A stretch of DNA of 64,000 nucleotides from the human T2T-CHM13v2.0 reference genome, Homo sapiens. The position numbers and the translations under genes are program-made. Below, in pieces: positions 1-13,184 of the stretch. The notes under the pieces are model-generated. The model saw nothing but the letters and a program-made list of their open reading frames with translations, was not told the DNA's origin and made no database searches. Each line of letters begins with the position of its first letter. The first letter of the stretch is position 1. The stretch lies in assembly GCF_009914755.1 (NCBI RefSeq), contig NC_060927.1; one strand, written 5' to 3'.

Positions 1-171
1 AGTAGAATATATACATGATTTCTGATATCATTCAAAAAGAAATTGGTTCTTGTGGCAGAATATTAGTGTTGTAGATGATGTCAGATAAAGCAAGAAACTA
101 TAGCGTTTGGAATGTGATCAGTAGGTTAAAGAGGGACTGCTGTTACCTATTATTCAGATTTTAAAGTTTGA

Positions 172-479
<308 letters not shown>

Positions 480-1409
480 TTAAGTTTGATTCTTACAATA
501 TTTTTGTTGTTCAGAGAAGTTTATTATAATGTATTGAAATATAGGTCAGATATTTACCTCAGAAGCAATGTACCCATTAGTAGAAATCTTTCCTTTAATA
601 ATTATTTACAGACAAAATTTATTTTAGGCCAAATATGTTTGCAAGAATTCTCATAATCTGGACATTACCCACATATCTTTAAACATTATATCTATCTGTA
701 GAACAAAACCCCATTACTTAGTTAATGTTTTGTGAATTCAGTATTGATCCAAATTCTATAAAATCTTAATTTACCAAAAGAGATTTCTATTTTTTGAAAT
801 TCTTTTTTTAATATAGAGAAGGAATATAAAACAATAATCTGATATCAGCAGTTTAGTGAAATTGATCTATAGGATATAATTTGAGTTTGTTACCCACAGT
901 GCCCTATATCAAGGGCAGGCACATACATTATCAGGTCTAGCTAGACTAATGCATAATGGCCAGTATCTATTTTAATTGTTCAGTGTCTATGCCTGAACTA
1001 ATTATTAATACTTTGATTATCATCCTTGTCTATGTCCTTTACAATTAAATGGTACAAATCTATGTTGATAATGCTTTCAGTAGCACTTTTGAAGTAAATA
1101 GAATTTCTCTGCTACAGAAAATAAATATAATCAGAACACTGATTTGCAAGCATTTTAGTAATCAAAGTATATTTTGTACTTGAGGGATTGTCTGTAACCT
1201 GGCAAAAAGGAAAAATAATCAACTCTAGAAATTAATTTTTAGTTGTATTTAGATATGACTACCAAGCAATGCAGATATTTCTTGGGGTACCAGTCTTCTT
1301 ACATATATTGTCTGGATGCCATAGATCATGATATTAAATAATCTATTTCATCAGTGTTGGGACCACATCCTCCCATACATGTTTATTTCTGTAAGTGTGA
1401 ATGAAGTTT

Positions 1410-2560
1410 ACTCATTTATCAAACATTTTAAAAAAAGATCTGTTATGTTCCAAGAACTGTGTGATGGAAGACACTGGACCTACACCCTGTTGTCAGGGCA
1501 TATATAACATTGAGGGGGAGAGGTACGAAGAGCTACAAAGTACCAGAAACATTCTGAGATGGAGTAATGTTTAGCATAGTTGACCCAGTCCTATAGAGAA
1601 GGTGATTTTTGAACAGCAATTTAAACAAGGAGAAGGAATTTGCCAAGTTGCAGGGGTGAGGAAGTGTGTGTCAAACCAAACAGGGAGTTAGCATGTAACA
1701 AGTCCCAGGAGCTCACACATGTCTTGGCACCTGCCAAGAACCCTCAGCAACTCCTCTCCAGGGGAGATACAAGAGGTACAGCACTGAGAGAAGCAACAAG
1801 ATAAAATGTATCAGTTTGTTAAAAGGGAAAGGTTCAAGAAAGAGGGAGTTGTAAATCATGTTACAGGTCAAGTAAAGGCAAGAACAAAACATAGTCTTTG
1901 GACTTGGCTTTCCTGACAGCATTGATGAACTTTGCTGAGCAGTAAAGTAATGGGTGTGAAAGTCAGACTGATAAGGATTCAGAAGTGAATGGGAAAGGAA
2001 GAAGCAGAAAAACAGCACGGTAGATGACTCTTTAGATATTTGCTTGGGAAGGATGGATTAAGTGCATTAGGGAGAGGAGGATGCTAGCCAGGGCAGGGTC
2101 CTCTTCCTCCTGCCATGTCACCGTCTGCATGTTGGAGTTTCTTCAGCACATTTGGAAGCTAAGAGAAGGAACTGCTGAAAGACAGGGCGTGCATGTATAG
2201 AGGAGGCAGAAAAAGAACTAGATCTTGAGAATGACTGAGTCAAGGTGGAGGCTTGTGGAAGCTTAACTGTGGGCAGGAGGAGGGAGAACTGGGAGACCAA
2301 GAAAGATACAGAAAGATAGGTTAAAGACTTGTGAGTAGGAAGGTAAGAAAAAGTTCATGCTTAAGGGCTACTGTTATGGCTATGAAATATTCGTGACGCA
2401 TAATATTATTATCCACTATTGCTAATGAACATGGAGAAAGAGTAATGAAGTTTTAGAAAGGCTGCCGTGTGCAATGAGATAGGGAGCTGTCCAAGGACAG
2501 GGCTAGATTGTGAGGCAGTGAAAGGGCCTATGTGACCCTGGAACATAATAATTTATAGAG
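1410..2560 (-). mobile_element. Old L2 LINE fragment(s)
   Basis: L2 3'-end-like actcatttatcaaacatttt..., followed by purine-rich L2-type body; heavily diverged. Confidence 0.5.
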
Positions 2561-2565
2561 GCAAT

Positions 2566-2567
<2 letters not shown>

Positions 2568-2596
<29 letters not shown>
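2568..2596. repeat. (TG)n microsatellite
   Basis: About 14 TG units. Confidence 0.95.
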
Positions 2597-2602
<6 letters not shown>

Positions 2603-3240
2603 AATGTATGTTTCAGTGTGTTCATGTGTTGTATTCATATATGTGTTCATGTGTGTGTGTTTGTATATTTTGTACCCTAGAAGTAATCCAAATCCTGATG
2701 CAGCAGTTGATAATTTAGTTTACCAATATTTTTGGAACTCCATCTATTTTGCATCATTATGGCTAAGCCATGGGGTTACTGAGATGAATAATATATTTTT
2801 TCTGTCCTTAAAAACATATGGTCTAGTGGGTCAGATATATAAGGAAATAAAACACTGTATAGGGCATAGGTGCAGAGATAATTCAGAGAAGGCAGTATTA
2901 CGATATGGATGGATAGAGATGGGGATAATGACATCTTGGTAGCTTTTTGGAGGAAGTAACATCTTAGCTGGCTTTAGAGGAAGAAAATAGTTACATGTGA
3001 GGCACTTGAAGATTCTGAAGAGAAGGAGTAAAGACATTGTTGACCATGCAGGTGGTCCATTCTCAAGGCATGAAATCATTGAGTAATTCTTAATGCAGAA
3101 CAAAGTTTCAGGAAGATAGACACAGCTTACAGTTTATGACTGGACCTTTGTTTTTTTTTTTTTTTTTTTTATAGAAACTGGCATTAAGACCTAGGAACTT
3201 TTTTGAAAACCAAAATATTTCTTGAACACTGGGGATGAGG

Positions 3241-3549
3241 TTTTTTTTTTTTTTTTTTTGATGGAGTCTCACACTGTCTTCCGGCCTGGAGTGCAGTGGC
3301 GCAATCTCGGCTCACTGCAACATTCACCTCCCAGGTTCTAAGTGATTCCAGGAGAATCACCCAGCCTCCCAAGGAGCTGGGATTACAGGTGCCTGCCACC
3401 ATGCCCGGCTAATTTTTTGTATTTCAGTATTTTTAGAGACAGGGTTTTGCCATGTTGACCAGGTTGGTCTCGAACACCTGACCTCGTGATCTGCCTGCCT
3501 CGGCCTCCCAAAGTGCTGGGATTACAGGTATGAGCCACTGTGCCCAGCC
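3241..3549 (-). mobile_element. AluS
   Basis: Poly-T followed by a full reverse-complement Alu dimer. Confidence 0.93.
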
Positions 3550-3562
3550 ATGGGTTTTTTAA

Positions 3563-3845
<283 letters not shown>

Positions 3846-4559
3846 GATTGATTTTTTAAATCTCTATCAAAAGTTGTAGTCGTACTGTAGTATTTTCCAA
3901 ATAGTTTTGGAAAGTAGTTTTTTAAACGAAATTTAGTGTTAAAATGGCAATATTAATCTTAAACAATTTAAGTTCTAGATGTTCGTGTTTTTTAATGTAC
4001 GTATGTATTTATATCCTATACTCTAGTTTCCAAAAATTATAAATATACCATATGCCAATAGAGCAATTTTGGCTCATGAAGAAGTATCATCAAATACTAG
4101 TTATCATACTGTGTCATTGCCTCTTTAAAATGTGAAAATTTTACTTTTTAAAGCCTTGTTTTCCTCATTGGCAACATTCAAACAAAAAATAAAGAAGAAA
4201 AATCCTGATAGAAAAAGTAAGTTGTTAAAAGTAAAAATGCCCTGCTCTAAGAAGTAGTCTTGTGGTGCTGAGTTAACTGATCATCAGGCAACAGGGGATC
4301 CCTCATCCCCCACCCTCCAGCTTTGTTTGGAATTGTACTTCTGAAGTGCATCACGCTGCTCAAATCAAATTGCTCACTTAATATTTAATGTTTCTGCGAT
4401 GGAATCACTTTCTCCCTTGAGGTTGACTTCAGATTTACCAGACACACTGACAACACTGTACTCCTTATTTTCCCCACATGACCTCAGCTTCTGCTTTAAA
4501 AATGTACGAATAAAGGATGCTTTTGTTCATATCTTGCCTGCCTGTGATATATTGACAAA

Positions 4560-5150
4560 GTGTCTGCGGGCTCAATGGAATAGTTTTACAGTATGAGTGC
4601 TGTTTTCAGTGGAGGGGCAGGACTTGGGCTTTAGAAGGAAGTGAATTGGATAGGTCAGGAGAATGTACCATTTGTAAACACCCCTTTCCTTTTTTATTCA
4701 CGTGTCAGGACAGCAGGAGCAGGCTGTTCAGTGCCCGTCCCTGCGCAGAGCCGGAGGGAAAGCAGCTTGGAAGTCAGCTGCAATTTTTAAACCTTGCTTT
4801 TTATTCCCTGGTAATGATCTTCAAGTGCTTAGACTTGTCTGAGAAGCTGTTTTGAAACTAACATGGTTTAGTCCACTAACTGCATGTTGGGTAAATTCAA
4901 AACCCACATGCTCGTCCTCTTGCAGTGGAATAAGTCACATCTGATGGACATTTTCTGTGCTTATAGCATAGTAATGAACGTCTGACAGGCGCGACCTTTC
5001 ATAAGACAACCCACACTATTGGCTTTCTGCCCAGAATATTGCTGCAACACTATCTGTGATTGGTTATCTCTCTATCATGCATTGCTTCACAAGGGGAAAC
5101 GGCCCCTTTTTTTAATAAATCTACGATGGCTGGCTGCAATATGCCTCACT
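4560..5150 (+). promoter_or_regulatory. MBNL1: Probable proximal alternative promoter/first exon of MBNL1, ending at donor ACT|GTAAGT
   Basis: Locally GC/CpG-richer non-repetitive sequence with E-boxes CACGTG (4699) and CAGCTG (4775). Consensus GTAAGT at 5151 gives a 150-nt intron to 5301. The TSS cannot be determined from sequence. Confidence 0.6.
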
Positions 5151-5300
5151 GTAAGTATTTTGTGTATGTATGTGTGGGAGAGAGAGAGAGAGGCTGACTT
5201 GAATATTACTTAGTCTGGTATCACATGGCAAGGTTGTGATACTGTAGGACATCAGTGAAGTGCTACTTAGTAAATCTTAACCTATCTCTTTTTTCTACAG

Positions 5301-6263
5301 GTTGGTACTAAGAAGTGCCTTTCCTGACGTCTCTGCTGCTTGGAACCGCTTCTAGAGCAGTCTCTGCTTTTGCCTTGCTTGCTGCCAGCTAGACTGTGAC
5401 GACAGCACATCCACCCTCCACCTCTAGCCCAGACACCCCCATTTCTACTTATAATCAAGAGAAAAGCTCTAAGTATCTGGCATTGCCCTAGGCTGCTTTA
5501 GTGTTAAAAGAAAAGTTTGCTGAAAAAGTAAGATATCTTCTGCCAGGAAATCAAGGAGGAAAAAAAAAATCATTTTCTCGATTTTGCTCTAAACTGCTGC
5601 ATCTGTCTATGCCAAACTAATCAATACCGATTGCACCACCAAACTCCATTGCAAATTCAGCTGTGAGGAGATTCCCTTTCAGACAACTTTGCTGAAAGCA
5701 GCTTGGAAATTCGGTGTCGAAGGGTCTGCCACGTTTTCATGCTTGCATTTTGGGCTCCAAATTGGCACTGGGAAGGGGTTACTGAGAGCACAAGGCTGAT
5801 ACCAGGCCCTACTTTTAAACGTTCATCTACTTACAATCCTAGTATTTCTCTAAAAACCAAAACCTCTTTGAATTAACAGTTTCATGCTGTGAATTTCTAG
5901 TGGGAGATCTTTTCCTTGATATTGACGACACAATTTTCCATGTACTTTTAAAGCAGGGAGTGGGGAAAAGTATTTTGAGGGGACATTTTCATCATCAGTT
6001 CAGCTTTTTTTTTTTGGTTGTTGCTCTTTTTTGGGGGGGTTGGGTTTGTTGGTTTCACTGAAACATTTAACTACCTGTAAAATCTAAACATGGCTGTTAG
6101 TGTCACACCAATTCGGGACACAAAATGGCTAACACTGGAAGTATGTAGAGAGTTCCAGAGGGGGACTTGCTCACGGCCAGACACGGAATGTAAATTTGCA
6201 CATCCTTCGAAAAGCTGCCAAGTTGAAAATGGACGAGTAATCGCCTGCTTTGATTCATTGAAA
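5301..6263 (+). ncRNA. MBNL1: 963-nt MBNL1 start-codon exon (789-nt 5'UTR part + CDS); the exon back-spliced into circMBNL1
   Basis: Acceptor with branch-like TCTTAAC (5275-5281) and ctctttttTCTACAG|G at 5300|5301; donor at 6263. Circularisation of this exon is established for MBNL1/muscleblind. Confidence 0.9.
6090..6263 (+). CDS. MBNL1: MBNL1 first coding exon, aa 1-58 (CCCH zinc finger 1 and start of ZnF2); CDS continues beyond the window
   Basis: Translation [58 protein letters not shown] is the MBNL1 N-terminus (C-x7-C-x6-C-x3-H). Strong Kozak aacATGg; phase-0 donor AAA|GTGAGT at 6263|6264. Confidence 0.98.
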
Positions 6264-6776
6264 GTGAGTAACTATTATATTCTTTTAAGGATATTCAATG
6301 ATTGAATGAGGGGTATATGGACATACAGTTCTCTGCATATGGGATTATGGATTGCTTTGTTCATAGTTTAGTTATACAGTGTGTTGATGATGTTGGGCTG
6401 GGGAACTTTACGAGAAGCAGTAGAATCAAGTCTGGCCAAACTTTGTTATGAATAACTTTATCAGTCCTTTCACTGCATGTTTTTTTTTGCTAGGGCAGAA
6501 AGTGTTGACATATTTTTCACTTAGTAATGGCAAAGTGTCTGTCTGTCCCTGGAAATGGTAAATGTAGCTACCTGTGAGTGTTTAGCATATGCATATATTA
6601 TATATAAGGCCATGGCAATAGCTGAATGAGGATGATTTTTATTTGTTGGTAAAGGCATTGTACAGTTGCAAAAGAGAAGCAGATTTAAAATCAGCTAAAC
6701 TTGGATAGACTTTTTACTCTTTTAATATTTTGACATTTTAGATTTTCTTTTTATTTTGTGGGCATTTTATTTTCAG

Positions 6777-6869
6777 GCCAGAGCCACGCATTTTATGGAA
6801 AATGTAACTAGAAGTAAGGTGCTGAACTGCTGCTACAGCACCTTACCTGAGGCACAAACTTTGTTGCAT
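6777..6869 (+). other. MBNL1: 93-nt in-frame cassette exon (ARATHFMENVTRSKVLNCCYSTLPEAQTLLH), matching the extra exon recalled for the longer circMBNL1 isoform
   Basis: Long U-rich tract ending ttttcag|G at 6776|6777; donor CAT|GTGAGT at 6869|6870; 31 open codons in phase 0. Confidence 0.75.
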
Positions 6870-9800
6870 GTGAGTTATATAAATAAGTAGAAACTCATAA
6901 GTACTATTGTTTATTGGATTTTTCCAGCTTCAAAAATTCTAATGTGAATTAGCAGTTTATTTTCTGTTAGATCATGATTTTTTTTTATTTGTAATAGTCT
7001 TAGCTAGAAATGTTAAAAGTTAGCTTTTGTGGGCACCATAATACTAAAATATTTACTTTAGTGTTTCTTGACATTCAAAAATGTCATTGGATTTGTAATT
7101 CAGGTATCATATTTGAAAATGAGTCTTTTAAAAGATAACATAAATATCTTTATTTTGACACACAAGGTCAAGACTAGAAATGTGTTCCTGGGTACTTTCA
7201 GCCTACTTGGTTTAATCAAATTGCTTTTGAATATGAATGTCCTAATTTAATTCTTTGGACCTTTGAGGGGAGGACACTATCACTTCTACATATGTAGAGA
7301 AGTAAAAGTCTCATAGATCCATCTTGTCTTTAAAAATATATGGTGCTATAATAATCTTTTCTTTAATAACATCAGGGTGAGTTATGAGTTAATTGTTTCA
7401 GTTCATTGTTTCCTGGTCCATTTTAGGCTGTTCATTTTGCTAAAGTTTTTGCCAAAGATTTCGAGAATATGATCTTTAGAGTTGAACAGAAAGGAGGTAT
7501 TAACAACAAAAATATTTTAAAATGTTAGATTCTTCTTAATGTCATAGTCCTAAAGATCAATAAGCAAAAGTTATAAACTCCCATTGAGACTTTCTTCACC
7601 CTTTCCTTTGAGAGGCATCAGTGAAGGGCACAGTGGTTGTACCTCCGTGAATGTGTATTCCTAAATTCATGCTGGCTGAATTCAGGTGTAATTAGAGACT
7701 GAGACCCATAAAATGAGGGGCAAGGAGCTAATTACTCTTGTCGGTAACCAGCTGTGGCCATAAGTAACCCTGTTTTGACCCAATTAATAGTAAATCCAAT
7801 TTTTAATCCTACAGACAGTTGATGGTGCACTCGTAGCTGCAAAATGAAGGACATTAAATTTGGCTGTGACATTGAGTGGTTACACAGAAGACCTGCTTCT
7901 ACAACATTTGGAAACATTGTGAAACATTACTATTCAGTTGCTATTTTTCCATCTCAAAATATTTTTTTTTAGTTGCTGCTCACTTATGGCCACAGAACAG
8001 TCCCTTTTTGAGTAAAGCAGCAAGGTTGCTTAATGACATGCTATGTGGTTAACAAGATTCAACTGCCACATCAAGGACTTTAAATAATTTCAAGATTTTA
8101 AATGTATTTATGAAATGAACTCATTACAGCAGCTAATCAATGCAAACTTTGTCCTTTTTCTTTGTCTTTCTAAGAGAAACTGAATTTAATTTAAATTTAA
8201 ATTACAGTGTCTAAAACTTGGTAAAATATTTTAAATTTGAATAAGAGGAAAAAAAAAACATGAATTTATTTATGATGGAGCTTCATACCCAGGACAGTAG
8301 CTTCTTAAATGTTAGTAAAATAATTATGTTAAGCATTAAAACAATTTTGAATATGTAATTAAGCATTTATGTTAAAAAACATGTTTCTTACGTGTGTGTG
8401 TATATATTTATAACTGACACATGTGATTCTTTGTACAGTATTTAGAATCCTTCCCTTCAGATAGCAGTCCTCTTGTATTCAGTCTTGTGGCTAAAATAGA
8501 TCAAAAACATATTTTAAAACTGTTAAAGTAACTGTATGACTCATGCTTGAAGTTCTGAAATTTGGGAGCGTTATGAGGTTTCCATGCCATTAACCGCTAG
8601 ATCATTTGCATTCTCTCACAGAGTAAACGGAAAAAAATTTAGAAAACTTGTAATAATCCTGACTTCTTTAATAAAATGTGTCCTGTGTATTGCTTAAATC
8701 CATAGTCCAGCCTTTTCTGAGTTCTTGAGCCATGAGATGGAGGTGGCCTGTGTAATCTACTATTTTTAGAAAGTTAGGAAAGCAAACCAAATACTCTCTG
8801 AGAGGACCCTATGAAATGGCTGTACCCTTCAGCTGTGCTGCTTCAGACTTTGGCCAGGCTCCCAGGTGACTTACGTTAATAGCAGACTTCTAGTTAGAAG
8901 AGGAGAATTTATTTCATTAAAAAAAAAAAAAATAAGTCAAACAGTTCAAGAAAGTATTCATTTATGTAAAAGAAGTCAATTGGTATGTTACTAAAGATAA
9001 TAGGAAGAAAATTAGCTCACTATTTTAGTTGCATACTGATGATTTTAAGGTTTAAATAATTAGATTTAAATATACCGTATGTAAATGTAGAAGTCTGTAT
9101 CGTAATAAATCTGTTGCTAAGTAAAATGGGAATACATGACAACGAGGAATGTAGGTATTAAGAATGTCAGAATTAGAACGAGAACAGTAAAAGAGCAAAA
9201 GCTGTAATAATGTGTGCTAGTATATAAACAATACTCTAAATACTTAGTTTCTCTAATTTTCCTTTTACAATTGCAGTTTTAATTTATAATAGTCTAAGAG
9301 CGTATTCAAGCTGAGACTTAAATTGCTTACGTGCTATAGATTTAGGTGTATTAGCTATTTCAGAAATCCAGAACATTTGCAAAGGTGCATTATTTTATGC
9401 CAAAGAGGATTATGTTCCCCTATGGCTTGTGAAAGAGATAGGAAAAAAGAAAAGAAAAATATTAACACTGCAAGCCACCATTAGAAAATTATATTTCAAA
9501 AATGATGTTTCAAATCAATGACAAATTGCCTATTCAGTCATGAGCTCTCAACTAAAATTTGGGGAGTCAATGTAAAGAAAGCCTACAGAATGTATTTTAA
9601 TATTTGCCAAGTTATTTATACCCTCAAAAAAAAAGCTTTTACGATATGATCAACAGAAATAGACTTATTGTTTACTGAATTCTATTTCAAATACCCATTC
9701 ATTTTTCAGGTACTAGGGATGGGAGAAAGAGAATATAACCTTTATATTTACTATCTATTTTCCAAAAATCTAGCAAAATTCTTTTACCTTTGAAAACTTT

Positions 9801-12104
9801 AGTCACTTGTTCCTTTATCAAATTGAGCCATTTTATTTAAGATAATTAAAATTTCTTTTTGCTATATACAGTGATATCTATCTATAAATAGCACCCCGAT
9901 CAGATTTATCATAGACACATTTGAGATCAGATTCCACTGCAAAGTGGCATACAATCAAGGGTGCTGAGAACAGTTTTAAAGAGCCTCTGCAGGCTTAGCA
10001 GAATATATGAAGTATGGAAATTAGGTATTAGAAGGCACACAAATATATGTACATACAGGTAAATGAACAACTAAAGCACTCAAAATCAGTAAGGCAAACA
10101 AGTATCCAGATGGTCACATATGGATTGGATGGCATAACTAGACATGATAAAGTAGTCCCAAAGGTGGTTATAGTTAAATTTTAGAAGATCCTCTGTTGCT
10201 AGCATGGTTTATCCTCAATCCAGAAATTGCCTGTGTTGCTGCTGTTCTAAGCCCCAAGCATAGACTTTTCATCATATTTTAAAAACCAGTTTCACTGATA
10301 ATCCTGATAAAATATCTGCAAGTTTTAGACTAAATATGCAATTTTCAATTAAAATTTTGATCTATTAGGGTCCTAACTGGAATCACTGTTACCAGGAAGT
10401 TTTTTTGTGGTTTGATTTTTAACCACTGGTATCTCCCATGTATTAAAACTTTGACAGATTATTATATATACTGTGCTGGCACATATATTCAATGTGTCTT
10501 TCAGTGACAGATTGACATATCACTTCCTTGTTTTCTCCTAATAACTTAGGAGATGAACTAACTATAAGGCATAACCTGCGCAGCAGTATGTTTCATATAA
10601 AAGGTCCCTAAGGAGAAACTTCACAACTTTGTAAAGAATATCCTGTGAATATGCTGCAGTGTCATCAACTCTGACATAAACCTTTCTTTAATGAAATTCT
10701 CAATAGCTGCAGTTGCTTTGGTGAAACTAGTAATTGTATTCATTTGCCTGTTTATATTAGAACTTTTTTAGAAAACTTTTTTTTATGAGTAAAGGTTTTT
10801 TTAGACTATTAGATAAATTGTAAACCATGTTTCGAATCAAGCTACCTGCTGCAGTAATTCTAGAACTATTTATTTTGCTTCATATTATAAGATTTTGGTA
10901 CACTGCGTCTACTTTTTTTCTCATGAAATCTTGCTTCACTGTGTGAGTGTGACAAACTAAAAACAATTTAGACCTCAAGCAATGTGGCACTTACAGCTGA
11001 ATTCAGTTTCATTGTAATTCAGATGTCTGAAGCTAATCAAAATTCCACGGAGTACCCTTGAAACAATTGCATATATAAGGCTGTTTCTCACTTAAAAGAG
11101 ACAATGCAGTGTGGGGTGAATTGTCTTTTGAAGAACTGTATGACACATGCCCAGTTCAGGTGAAAGGTGAGAAATGGAATGTTTCTCAGACCTAGCACAG
11201 ACACCTAGGGACCTAGTTTGGGAAGCTTATCTTGTCATTTTCCTTGCCAAGGATAAGTAGAGGATTTCAGCTATCAACATTGCTAATCCGTTACCTTTCA
11301 TGCTGAGCAATGTCTCTGCCTTCCCACAGACTTAGACAAAGCTTCTTATTTTCTTACAAAGAGGTCCTATTGAGGAAATTTGAATTTTTTTTTTTTTTTT
11401 AAACTTAGCAGTACTACATCCTGTGCTTTTAGATAGGTGAGCAATTTTCCATGTTAACAGCTAGGCCAAAAATCATGACTGCCAGTAGAAGTGGGTAACT
11501 AGATAGATAGATAGATGGCCTTTGATTTAGCACTGATGATAGTTATTAGCATGTAGCAACTTAAGTAAAAGCAACTGGAAAGGCTTGATAGAAATTCTGA
11601 GTTGTTTGAAGTATAATAGATTATTAGGATAGTAATTTCTTTGTGAATTTTACTGTAAACAAGCTTGATTCTAGTGAGGACTTATGCTAATTGCTCACTT
11701 ATACTAACAGCAACTACAGAGTTTTTATTTAATACTGTTTCTTATACAAATATCATCAAATGCACATCTACCTACAGCATCATCCCTACATTTTTGGCAC
11801 ATGTTTGAAATATTTTCACTTTGAGATAAAGTTTGATTTTTTTGCTAGCGATAAAACTTTCTATGCTATGAGCTTGTGTTTTGAAAATTACTGATAATTA
11901 CTAAACAGTATAACCCCTGATATCTTCTAATTTGGTTGACAGGCTGTTTGTCCTCTGGATTCCTGAGGGCCTTGGCCATCTCTGACCATTACATTTCTTC
12001 TTTTGTTATCTCTGAGTTCTTTCCAGCTTTCTAATTGTCCATCTTTAGAACTATTGGTTCCGATCTTAAATATGTCTTTCCATAGTCACACAGAAGTGAT
12101 TTAG

Positions 12105-12480
12105 ACATTTTGTCTGTGAAGAATTAGATTCAGCTTTGCATAACAGAGACACCTCCCCTACCCTCCCCAGCATTTGGTATAAACAAATTAGGGGTTTATA
12201 TTTCAGTCGTCTAGGTCTATTTGGCGACTCTATAGTCATTGGAACTCAGGTTCCTTCTCTCTTAGTTCCTAAGGAGCACATGGCTTCCAACTTTAGGATT
12301 ATTTCAAAATTGCAATGTGGCCACTGCAGTGCCAGCCATCATATCCTTAGTCTAGCAGGACGCAGAAAAGGCAAGACACCATAACTCAGCCCAGCCAGGC
12401 TCCTTTTAAGCAAAGGTTCTCTGAGCTTCAGCCAGTAATTTTTCAGTCTCTTATTGACTGATTTTGGTAGCAGGGATTGC
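12105..12480. mobile_element. Possible MLT1-type (ERVL-MaLR) solo LTR relic
   Basis: Motifs such as tcagctttgcataacagagac, aaacaaattaggggtttatatttc and ccagccatcatatcc resemble MLT1J/K LTRs. Confidence 0.4.
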
Positions 12481-12841
12481 TAGGAAGTATTTTTTTGTAT
12501 GTTTGTTTGTTTTGTTTTGTTTTTATTTATTATTATTTTAAAAAACTGTTGCCTTGATTGAAATCAGGAGTCTGGTAGGTAAGACAGAAGGGGAGAATGG
12601 AAATGGATGTTCAGGAGGGCCATTTCTGGAATAAAAGAGTGTTTATTTTTCCTCTCATAAAACTTTCAGAATTAAGTAAATCTCTCTGGAAAGCATCTGG
12701 GTAAGGGAGGTGGTTGAAGAGATACCACTTTTGAAGAGAAACTGAAGTCTTCTCATCTTGACAAACTTGTCATCACTTCTGTCTTGCTTATTTAGTAAAT
12801 AAAACCTGGCATATCACAAATGGATTTATTTTTCCTTATAG

Positions 12842-13184
<343 letters not shown>

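Noticed and set aside
6264-6305. ORF-track extension [13 protein letters not shown] of MBNL1
   Set aside because: Read-through past the canonical GTGAGT donor into the intron; no nearby canonical poly(A) signal seen.
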